Shown: piece after piece, positions 12,760 through 24,475 of the stretch
How positions within the stretch are numbered: position 1 is the first letter of the stretch
Layout of the letters: the number at the start of each line of letters is the position of its first letter
NCBI GenBank assembly: GCA_016748015.1
Contig: JAAOMT010000721.1
Location: 50,634-99,581 of the forward strand
Source: Geosiphon pyriformis uo1
Lineage: Eukaryota > Fungi > Glomeromycota
Direction: 5' to 3'
Length of the DNA: 48,948 nucleotides
Made by a program: the position numbers and the translations under genes
The notes under the pieces: model-generated
Database searches by the model: none
What the model was told of the DNA's origin: nothing
Seen by the model: the letters and a program-made list of their open reading frames with translations, nothing else

Positions 12760-13943
12760 TTACTTGCCGCATGGCTTCTGCTGTTGTTTTTGCTCTGATT
12801 TCTTTTCCGTCTTTTCCGAACTTGAAATTTTTAGGTTGAGATGCACTACGTCAGTTTGAATCGCGTTACACTTTGACGCAACCTGCAGGAGCAAACGTTC
12901 GACAATATCGGTATATCGTCTAGGGAAAATACGCCTAATTTGTTGCAACTATTCAAAATATATTAAGTATACATTTTAAAGATATTTGCAAACAATAATT
13001 GAAAACTTACTTCGCTAGCTAGGTCATTTATTTCGAGTTTCTCAAAGTCGACATACTTTAATAAATCTTTTTCAGAAATCTTGAGGATTTTTTCATCAGT
13101 TTGAATTTTCGCCCATTCCATCACCACATTAAATTTTTTTCTTTCCATTTTTTCGTTATGATCCATATTTTTCAGTAAAATATTTACACCTTCCAGCGAC
13201 AATTTGCCCATTTGGAATTCGTCAAATTTTTGTTTTTCAAAGACTTGCTTATCCAAGAAAAAGTTGACACATATTTTATAAATAGGATCATAATTGATCA
13301 TCAAATCTTCATATGCATTGCAACCCTTTAGAGTCAAAATGGTGTTGAAAAATTCCACATAGTTTTGAGCATTCAAATATTTGCTGATTGTTTCCAAACT
13401 CGGATTCAACAAATGCGGAATCTTTAATTTGTTAATGAGTAAAATAAAGGAGCATAGCCTGTGGTGGCTCACAGTCAGTTTTTCCCATGAAATCATATCT
13501 TGGTATAGGAAGGAATGCAACTCTTCAAAGGCGAGAGAAACTTGATCTTTTGGGAGATTTGTAGACCCAATTAAGCTTTCAAGCGAAAGAGTCTCAACGA
13601 GTTGCTCTTGTGCTGAGATTTGTGATAATGTCACCCATTGCTGTTTGGGTAATATATCTTCGACTTGTTCAACTGCACCCGAACTAGACTTTTTATACGC
13701 ATTTTGAAAGTGTCGACGAATCTTTTGCGATCTCGCAGCCAATAACACCCTAAAACAATTATTTAAGTTTATAATAAAAATTGGGATGTTTGCAACAGAT
13801 ATGCTTAAGACAAATTACTTGTAGGATAAGATTGACCTCCCGTCTGGAAGGCTGATTCTAACATCGTAGAAAGACTTATCTTTCATTAGTTCTATAAAAT
13901 CTCGGGAGATAGTATTGAGAGAAACATTTTTGTTAACATTCAT
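12760..13943 (-). CDS. BTB/POZ domain protein with BACK-like C-terminal region, ~350 aa
   Basis: Exons 13943-13819, 13749-13011, 12948-12760. The spliced N-terminus reads ISRDFIELMKDKSFYDVRISLPDGRSILSYKVLLAARSQKIR (BTB start). Later: SLAFEELHSFLY and the BACK-like KFNVVMEWAK...LLKYVDFEKL. The 3' end is less certain. Confidence 0.8.
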
Positions 13944-15168
13944 TTGTAAAAAATAGTGATAGAAAACTATTAAAGGGCGAATTTAAGATAACCCTAATAA
14001 GCCTGTTTTAAAACCTTTTATATTGTTCCTTATCAATTCTCCATTGACCAAAGTTTAACTTGAAATATAAAGGCACCAAGCTATCTTTTTAATATTTTCC
14101 CAAGGTGAAAATATTTGCTGCCGTCGTCGCGGCTATTTTCGCTATCATCTTGATCTGAGATTAAAAAAGGTTGGTATTTTTAACTTTTCGTTGTCACCTG
14201 GAATAACCAAAATTCTCGATGAATACTACATCATTTTTTAATATTGACCACTTCTAGTGACAACAAAATATCCAACTCTTTCTCCTTCCTATGTATTTAT
14301 CTGCACACCAGCCAACCCAAGAAACTTGGCATCTCATCGTACACTTTACGTAAAAAAATTTTCGGATGTCCATTACTAAGTGTGGGAAACATTTCAGTTA
14401 CGTCACTAAAATTTTGGCGGCGAGTAATTTGGTCTTGAGAATTGATGCATCAATGGTCACTCCTTTTTTGGGAAGGTGATTGAATTTATGGCCGTGAGAA
14501 AACGCCAAAAACTTTGGCGTTTTCTATAGTTTTGTATCCCACTTTTTTGGCTTGGGTAAGATCTTTTGCGCGACTCATGATTGTGGTAAAATCAGAGAAT
14601 CACATTTTTAAAAATTTTGTATTTTTATTGCTTAAAGAATACTTTTAGTTGTTTTTATAAATTTTTTAAGGAGGATCAAAAATTTTTAATTTGTGTAATT
14701 TGACTAAATATGTCGTACTTGATTTTGAAGCATAAAACCAAAATTGTCGCGATGTGCTCAACTTTATATAATATTAAGTTGATGAATTTTTGGTTAGAAA
14801 AATAGCATAAATATAAATCTAGTCTTTAATAGCTATTCAATTTATCACATGATGGAAAAACTAGAAGCTCAAAAAACTTATCCAGAAATTTATGATAAAA
14901 AGAGTGCCAAAGATGCTAAAGCTACGTTCAAAAAAGTAAGAATTTGCTAAATAATGAGGATAAAACAAGTTTAGGTATATACTTCTTTTAATGTCTATTA
15001 TGTAATTTTAAATTTATAATAAAGAGAGTTAATCTGTTTAATTCCTTTGTTTTCAGGTTTAAATTTAATATAAGTTAGATTAACCACCGTGTTTTAGATT
15101 GACCATAAAGTTAATTGTTATGAGTAATTAATCTACTATTTTCTTGATATAAATAAAAAAAACAGTTA

Positions 15169-15265
15169 CAGTTTTTCAAGCAGATTAACACAAGTTGTGA
15201 GTTAACCTCTTTACTCTATACTTTTTGTTCTCAGACTTAACTTGCTATTTGTCTTTTTTGCTAAT
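15169..15265 (+). repeat. Degenerate ~90 bp direct repeat, copy 1 (copy 2 at ~17991-18075)
   Basis: Both copies share 'cagtttttcaagcagattaa' followed by similar 'gtg..ttaa.ctcttta' and 'taacttgc.atttgt'. Confidence 0.7.
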
Positions 15266-17990
15266 TTACATATTCATAACAGTTTAATCTGTTTTTTCTT
15301 AATTGCTCATTATGTTTTCAGAACTGTTTGATTTTGTTTGAATTATTAAAGTATTGCAAATGTTCTAACAAGAAAACATTCAGCTAAAAAATGTTTTCTT
15401 ATAACTACAATATACTTAAGCTAATCTATTTTAAGCTATTACTTATAAGTTAAAAATTAGCTTATTTAAATTTTTTTAAATCAAATTTGATTTATTGTTT
15501 AGCTTTAATCTTGTTATTATCCAAATAATACAAATTAAGTCAGATTAATTAGTATGTTATTTATAAATATAATTTTTATTTGGTTTGTATAATTAATTGA
15601 AAAATTGTTTTCATTACATACAAATTTCGAAAATATTTTTAAAGATTTAAAGTAATATTTGAAAATATAAACAAGATTCAAGTTTTGACCAATTATTTAT
15701 GTTATTTTTGACAAAAAAACTGGGCTATAATACTATATACTATGGAGTTTTAGCAGTTTATATGTGATATTAATTGAAAAAAAAGCATTAATTAATTATT
15801 TTAGTTTATATAATAATGCCTAAGATTTGTTGTTAATTTTAATAAATATTAATACATTAAGTAAAGTTATTAAAAACACAGTTTTTTGTAATAATTAACT
15901 TCTTAAATATTATAAAAAGCAATATTTTTAAAGTTACATAAATGATTTTGTATTTGTTTAATTTTGTTAATAATTAACTATTAATTGTATTTTGAAATAA
16001 TTTAATACAAATTAATATAACTTATTACAAACTTTTAATAAAAGCCAAAAAACTTATTAGTGTAGTAATAATCTTTGTTTATTAATAGAATTTTAATAGT
16101 CTTATTAATACATAATTAAGTTTATAAACAATAAAAATCATATATCTAAATATTTTAGTTTTTGTAATTAGTAATTAAGATTTTGTCCAAACGAATTTTT
16201 GTTTTAATATTAAGTTCAAAATCTGTTAATAATTTAATATTAAACTTTTAGTCTTTTTAAGTATTTTATAATAGTTTTGTTTTTAATAAAATTGTTGTTT
16301 GACATTCAATTTTGTATTTGATTTTAATTATATTATTAAGATTCAAATTATTAAGTTCAGTTCTAATATAATTACAGAAACATCAATTAATTTTAATATT
16401 ATTATTTTTTATGAATTGAAATTTTGCAATTTAATAAAATAAAATATTATAAGAAATTATTAATAAAAATCTTATTATTTAGAAAATATTAATAAAAAAA
16501 TTCGATAATTAATTCTTACTATTGCTAATTATCAAAAAAAAATTATCTTTAATTTATTAAAAGTTTATACTATAGTATTATTTTGAATTATTCTGATTAC
16601 AATTATATAATTAATTAATTGATTGAAAAACATATACTACTATTATGGTTAAATGTAATACGATAATAAAGATCAAGGAAAAACAGTATTATATAGTAAT
16701 AAAAATAATTAAAATGGTAATTTAACTTTAATAAGTGAATTGAATTAATAAGAATTCAATATGTAAAATCAGTTTTATAAATATTTTGATCGCTTTTTTT
16801 TCAAAAAAATAACAAATAAATCTGAAAATAAAAAGATAGTCTATACTGTTAATAAAAGATAACACACTAATATAATTTTATGTTTTATATCAATATTCTT
16901 AGAATTTAATATTAGGTATCAATTGTATTTTTTAGTAAATATTTATTCAATATACTTTACAAAACTAATAATTATACAAATTAAAAAAAGAAAAGAGAAA
17001 AAAAATTGTAAAAAAAAGAAAAAAGTTAATATTATTGTATTAATCTTTGCTTTGAATAATTTTAATTCAAGTATAAATAAATTTTTACGGCTTTAGAAAG
17101 TCTTATTTATATATTTTTAAAAAGAGATCAATAATTAATTTAGTGATTACATTAATAATTCAATCAATAATTAGGCCAATAATCAAGTTAATAACTAAGT
17201 TAGTAACTAAGTCCATAATCAAGTCATTAATTAAGTTAATGATTATATTAATAACTATTTTGAAATAAGATAACTAATTAATAATATCAATGATTAATAC
17301 ATATAATTAACTATAATTAAGTAAATAAATAAAATTAAAAAGTAAAAGTTTTAATTATAACAATAGTATTAATAAGTACAAAAAAAGAGTAAATAAATAA
17401 CATTAAAAGATACACAAATTTAAAATAAGTAATAAAGTTTGGTTTTTACAATACAATATTAAACAATTCAATCTTATAATAAGTCAAATTATAAGAGTTT
17501 GATCTGTTTTATATAATTTATTAGATTAATTTTGTAATTTAAAAATTAAAACTGCATATTTTAGAATTTATAATGTTTTTATTAAAATATTATAATTCAA
17601 CTTATTTGAATGAATAAAGAGTTATTTTCACTTATTTAACTTGAAAATAACATTGAATTTGAAGTTGATAAAATTTTGAATTCAAAAAAAATTAGAAAAA
17701 AAATAAGATATTTAGTTTTTTAAAAAGAGTATTTTTTTCAAAAACTATTTAGAAATCTGCAAAGAATATAAAAATGTTTACAGACTAATTTAAGTATTTT
17801 ATGCTTAATACTCAAACAAACTTATTTATTAAGAGAGAGTTATTTAAAAAAAAGATATTATTATAAAAAAACAATTAATTAAAAAAATTCTGAACTATTC
17901 TAAAACATTTGTGGATTAGCTTACCAATTTGGTTAGCAACTGATCTATTATTTTTTAGATCTAAATAAAAAAGACAATCGAATTCAATTG

Positions 17991-18075
17991 CAGTTTTTCA
18001 AGCAGATTAAATACCAGCTGTGGATTAATCTCTTTATTTTATCTCAAACATAACTTGCCATTTGTTTTCTTTGGT
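17991..18075 (+). repeat. Degenerate ~90 bp direct repeat, copy 2
   Basis: Matches 15169-15265 as described for copy 1. Confidence 0.7.
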
Positions 18076-19179
18076 AGTTCAAGTAGTTCATAATATTAAT
18101 GTTGAAAATTAGAATAAAAATTAACCAATAAATTTATTAATTAATTTTAAATATTAAGCAAGAATAAATTTTTAGTTAGATTTATATTGCTCTTAATTAC
18201 TTTCCTCTTTGCTATCTATGAATGTACTACTTAAGCTTATTGCAATACAGGAATAAAACAATCTGTTGTAAATGTAATTTTATGAATTAAAATATTTGAG
18301 TAATTTAAAAATATTTTTTTAGTATTGATATTATGTGATTATTATTTTTTATATAAAATCCTTATTTTAAAATTCATTTATTTAATTATTAATTTTGTAG
18401 TTGGTTTATTATTAATATTTAAAGAATATACAAAATTTCAATTTTCAAGCAAAAAATGCAATTTTATGCTATATTATATTTTTAAGAAAAGAATGAAAAA
18501 AATAAAAAGTTGAAGAAATATTTTTTATACTATATTAAATTAATTTCTCTATATATATTCAAAAAAACAGTAACATTAAAATATTTGTATAAGAAACAAT
18601 AAACAAGAAAAATTATATTAAAGGCTTCAAAGGATTTTATCATATATTAGCCAAAATACATGCTTCTAAGGAGTAAATAGGTTCACTAAATTATAACAAA
18701 GACTAACTAGTTTTCGAAACTTTGAACGAAAAGAGAATTCATTTGATCTAAATCTCATTTAAAGACATCTCTTCAAAAAGCCCATTTGTTTTTTGTCCCT
18801 TAAAAGTTAAATTTTACGTAAGATTCATTCCTGGTTTATTGCAAAGGGTGACGAAACTAAAACGAAAATCGGCAAATTTAAATTTCATATTAACTTAGGA
18901 GCGACAGGTAGCGATTGTAGCATTACAGAATAAATATAGTTCGTAATCCTTCAAATTTAATTGACTTCGATACTTTCCTGAAATGCGTTTATCGAATATT
19001 CACTTTTAAATAATAAATTTTTTGTTTTTCTAATTACCAAATCAAAGTATAGACGGGGAAATCCGGTTAATAAAATACATTTTTTAACTGAATTTTATCG
19101 CGTTCGGTCTATTGTGACTGATTTGGAAAACAATATTTAAAGATAAGTTTCTCCTCATTAAATAAATGCTAAAAAAACA

Positions 19180-20152
19180 CATTAGATATTAACAAATTAA
19201 GACAAGCGATCTGTATTTCCAGGCAATTTGTAACTTTTCCCACGGCTCAGGAAAGTGGTTCATAAAAGTCTTCCCATACACATATCTACTTCATTCCATA
19301 AATGTCCCAATTGGGTTTAAGTCAGGAGACTGAGATGGCCAATCGAGTAATCGATTTCCTGCTGGAAACAATTTTGTACTCATCCAGCATTGTCTCCAAA
19401 AGTGAATCTAACTAATTCTTATTTAATACATCGATGTATCCGTCTGCCACCAAATCATAATTGAGCAAACACCACATTTTGCAGTTGGCTCATCTGATCC
19501 GAATAACTGGTAATCGCTTTTGTCAGACCAGACTAGTTTTTTGTCCAGGCGAGTCGGCGTTTTTTGTGCGTAGGATTTTCTGGGCTTAATTATAGCACAT
19601 AATCCATGCCACCGGAGTATACGCCATAGGCTTTTCATTAATAAATAAACTTTTGCAGTAGAACATTTTATAAAAATCCGAAAAATGGTGTGTGTGTCCA
19701 GTTTTTAGGTTTTGATTTTAATTGAAGCTCGGTTTGTTCTTTATTTTTGCAGGTGTTTAGGACTAAGCCGGGGCTACCTTAGCTGATAGAGCAATTTCAC
19801 GACCGTGTGTCCTTCTTTTCGTAGTGCATATATTCGGGAGCGTTTTTCTTTTGAAATCCAAGTCATTGAAATAAAAAAGAATTGTTTAACAATGTTGTTT
19901 GAGATAAAAAAAAATTTATTTACTTTTAGTGAAGACTTAAAGCATTTATATATTACCTTTAGGTATTTTCGTTCGATGACTGTTCTGGTCATAATTAACT
20001 AAACACGATAAAACGTTCAAATTTTTTATTAAAGTAATAGCAAAAGTAAAATTTTACGTTAAATATATGTTTACTTTTACCCGTATATAATACTTCAATG
20101 GTGAGATATTCGAAATTCACCATTTTTTTTCGTGTCCAGTTTCTTGTGTGAG
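19180..20152 (-). mobile_element. Decayed Tc1/mariner transposon, copy 2 (same family as 2680-3612)
   Basis: Minus strand: MTWISKEKRSRIYALRKEGH (HTH start), WRILRWHGL, VWSDKSDYQLFGSD (WSDES-like), SIMIW, FQQ, LDWPSQSPDLNP. It shares a 5' leader and a terminal-like motif with copy 1 (gtttctt..gtgag at ~20139-20152). Frameshifts and deletions present. Confidence 0.88.
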
Positions 20153-20986
20153 TTAAGATTATAAACCATATAAAGAACTTTTAAAAAGAGAAAGCTTATA
20201 AATCTGTCATAGTAAGTTGGAGCTGGGACCCAAGTGTTGTAAAATTAAAATGTGAATATGTTAAAAAATGTGGATTAGTCGGTACAATTTTTTGGAGATA
20301 ATGATACTAAGTTTAGTTTGTTTTTGCTTGCAACCGCATTTGAATTGTTTGGTAGTCTGGATAGGTTTGAAAAAAGTTTAATTCATTTTAACTTTCCGCT
20401 AAGTACATTGAAAAATTGTGAAACAGGATATATATGTATTTCGAATTAAGTTATTTGGGGTTACAAGGGATAAATTCAGTGGTTCAAAGAGACCTATTCG
20501 AAAAATGGTATTCAATAAGTGAAGTCTCATCTTTAATTACAATATAACCTTTATGATTTGGAATCTAATTTAATAATGAATATAGCTAATCTACAAATTT
20601 CAATGTTTTAGAAATACATTAATTTTCTCCGAGTTTTGAAAGGAAAGCATTTAAATATTAACTCTATTAATTATTTCGATTAGATTTAAATTTTTTTGAT
20701 TCAGATCGAAAACTCTATTAAAAAACCCATATGCCCAATTACGAATTTTTGAATGTATACGTGCGTTTTGATCTTACATAATACATGTACATGGGAATGG
20801 CCTAAACGATCGAATATTATTTTAGAATAATATGATTCGTCCAAATAAGAAATTAAAAAATTAAAGTTTTTTACCAAAAAAAAATATTAAAAGAAAATGC
20901 ATTTGGATAAATTCAACCAAAGAAACTATTTTTATGTTCTAAATCTTTAAAATTTGAAAATTTTTTAATCAAACCCGCGATTAAAA

Positions 20987-22783
20987 ATGGCATACTTATT
21001 CTCATTTATAGCAGAATTGAACATAAAGCCTACATTGACATGGCAATCAAGCATTATTTTTCTCACCCTTCTCTATACCACAATCTTTTACTTCAAATAT
21101 TTCACTCGCAAAAATCCCTTGCCAGGTCCATTCCCAATCCCATTAATTGGAAACTTACCTTTAATGGTAAATTTAGTTGAAAATGCCACTTATTTAGCCA
21201 AGAAATATGGAGATATATTTGAAATTTATGTTGGTAGCGAACGACACATTTTTGTGAATCGTGGAACAAAACAGTTTTTAGCTGGAATCGCGGATGAAAA
21301 CAAGGACACGAGCTATTTTCATCGAGTACATAACTTTCTATTTTTGTGCGACGCAATGTTAATTTTTCCCACTTGAAATTTCAGAAATGAATATAATTTA
21401 TTTTTCAGAACGAGTATAAGCCAGGCCTGACAGAGTTAAAACTAGACACGGTGGGCATTCTAATGAATCGAAATATCCAAAATTGGAGGCGCACGCGAAA
21501 TTTTCTCGCCAACTTTCTTCAATCAAAATCATTCATCGAATCACTCGTGCAAGAAATTCAATCCCAACTTGACGATGCAACAAATATTTTTATTCATGAG
21601 AGTTCAGAAATAAAAATAAACTTTGGTGAATGGGCGACAAGTCTTTCTACGGACTTGACATTAAAACTTGCAACTGGAAGACGATACTACTCAATGATTA
21701 CTTATTATGCTTCTTTAAATTTTTCCTCGGATATTTCTCGAAACCGGGGCGAAACGTCAAAAATAGAAATCAAAAATTCAGACCAATTTATTCAACTAAA
21801 TAAATTATTTCCACGAATGATGATGTATATCATGACTGTACCTCTATGGATTCGAGAATACTTCCCAGGATTCAGCTTTCTGAACAAACGTTATTGGCAT
21901 TATTTAGAATTATTAGATACAGAATTGGATGACATAATTAATTCTCGTGGAGTGGAGGTTAAACAAGAAAATTTTGATTTAGGAATCGAAAAAAATTGGG
22001 TAGCTGATAATTTGGTAACGTTCTGGTTGACGCCCAAAAAAAATTTCATAAATGATGGTGATTCAGTAATTGGAAAAAAAGAGCTGAAGAGTTTAATTTT
22101 GGAGTTAATTGCTGGTGGTATCGATAAGGTTTGTTTGATAGTTTCTAATTCTTGTTTGTTACAATTCAAAAAAATTAATTTAAAATGTTCATTCAAAGCC
22201 AGCAAATCAATTATGTTTTATAATCTACCAACTGGCCAAACACCCCGAATTCAAATCTCGTCTCATTTTTGAAATTAACTCAGTCTTCAAAAAAGATCCA
22301 ACTCGGAAACTAACCTATTCAGATTTAGAGAGCCTCCCATTTACCAAGGCAATAATCAAAGAAAGTCTACGTCTGACACCAGCTGCGCCACTTGTTCCGA
22401 AAATTTCATCATCAACCAATGTCATTGGAACCCAAAAACAGTTCCACATATTTGAAAATCAGAAAGTTTGGTTGAATCTTACTGGGATTAATCAGAATCG
22501 CCATGATTGGAAGGAGCCAGAAAATTTTAATCCAGAAAGATTCTTAGAAGAGGAAAAAGGGAAATTGAATGGAGGTGGGTATTTACCGTTTGGTGCTGGA
22601 GTGAGAAAGTGTCCTGGGGAAGAATTGGCGATTGTCGAATTGATGGTTTGGGTGGTTAGTTTATATAGAAGGTTTGATGTTGAGATTTTGGGGGTTACAG
22701 AGACAAAAGGAAATTTGAAGTGCAAGTATAAAGGTGTTAATCATGTTGTTGATCTGAATGGATATCTTAAGCCAAATATTTGA
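20987..22783 (+). CDS. Cytochrome P450, ~547 aa, with atypical I-helix
   Basis: Exons 20987-21325, 21409-22128, 22199-22783 (all phase 0). TM anchor followed by PLPGPFPIPLIGN; WRRTR (WxxxR); AGGIDKPAN; KESLR (ExxR); FNPERF; heme motif FGAGVRKCPG. Confidence 0.95.
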
Positions 22784-24475
22784 TTATGAATTTTATGAGC
22801 ATATATTTAAGATTTTTATTAACAAATTTTAAATATTTTTGCGGGTTATATAACATGTGGTCATTATATAGAGTATATGCTGTTTTCGCTGAATTTAAAA
22901 AAATTTTCGAATTATTAATTCCTAAATTTTGAAAAGTTCAGTATTTAAGATCTGATATTACATATAGATTAAAAGTCATATATTCTAATGCAACCTTGTT
23001 AAGCAACTGAATTGATTTTGAAATCGAGAGTAAAATTATAATGCTCTATTGATAGTTAAAGTAGTTTTTTTAAGTTGTGCCATAAAATGATGGGACAATA
23101 GAAGAAATTGGTCAAAGTGGGTCCAAATTTCAAAAAAGTGCATAAAGGATACACAAGCCTTGGTGATTATAAATTCATTATCAGGCACAGACTGAGTTTA
23201 GAAGATTATGAAATATTGAAGTTTTTAAATTTCTAGGAAATTGGCTTGCCAGAAACTTATTTAAGCTTTCAAATTGCTATCATAATGCATGAAACTATTC
23301 ACAAGAAATCTTTCTAAATTGAGTAGTTATTTACGCAAATGTAAAAGTATGCTATGTTTAATAAAATTTTGTCTCATTTATTGCCAGTTGTTCTAGTGGT
23401 TTTTTGGAGAAACGAAACCGTAAGATTGCTTATCAACTCTTTTTTTTAGGTGTATAATGTTGTATTAACATCGTATCACAATTTAAAAATAGCTTTTATT
23501 TGTGCCCATTTAAGATATAGCTTTTAGAAACATTCATTTTTATAAATCATTTTACTTAGGTCCAAATGGGATAAGATTTCTTAATTTCAAAAAAATTTGG
23601 AGTTGATTAATTTTAATTTTTGTTAATTATAATTTGAATTAAGATACTTTTTTCAATTTAGTGGAAAAAAATTGATACCACATTCTAGTTCCTAGTTATA
23701 GTAGCCAGTAAACCTACACGTTTAAGTTTGAAGTCTCGTATTAATAGTATTGAGACGCAGCAACCAAATTTTGGGTCATTTTAAATAAATAAAGAAACCT
23801 ATGATTTTGTGTACATAAATAAAAACACTAATGTTACACTTAATAATACATGACCAGTCATACTAAAGAATTCACATTGTACGATTAAAAATAAAATCAT
23901 TATTTCATTCGTAAATAAATAGTTTTAAACTTTAATTATAAATTGACAGAATTAATATTATTAAAATGTGAGATTTTTCACAAAGAATTTTCTTTTTGTA
24001 TTTCTTAATTTAAAAACAAGTTTGAAAGGATTGAATCGTTAGTTAATTAATTTTAAAAAAATTAAGCTTTAGAATGTGATTTATGAAGTGAATAAAAGGA
24101 AAAAACTTGTTTGTTAAAAATAATATTAGGGGGGACATTATTTTGTTTGATAATATTCTTCAGTCTGCTTTTGAAAAATCGTGTTGAAAGAGGATGTGAA
24201 TTGTGTAAGACAACAGTAAAATCAGCTACGAAATTTATACCATTTCTATCATCAAAAAAGATTTTTTGTTTCACTATATATTTGTAACAACAAAAAGGTT
24301 ACATTTTTTCTAATTCCTAATTTAGAAACTCGACAAAGAGAAGGTGCACTTCAATTTGAACGCCAAATTGTACTATTTAAACCAAGCCAAAACAATAAAT
24401 ATATCGTTCGCACTTAAGTAAAGTAGTCTTTTAAATCATTTTCAATTTGAGTTAATCCTAACAGCTAAACCTATA

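Noticed and set aside
14244-14438. 64-aa ORF upstream of the BTB gene
   Set aside because: Non-ATG start, no motif; more likely promoter or intergenic DNA.
21102-22725. Minus-strand ORFs overlapping the P450
   Set aside because: Antisense shadows with no motifs.
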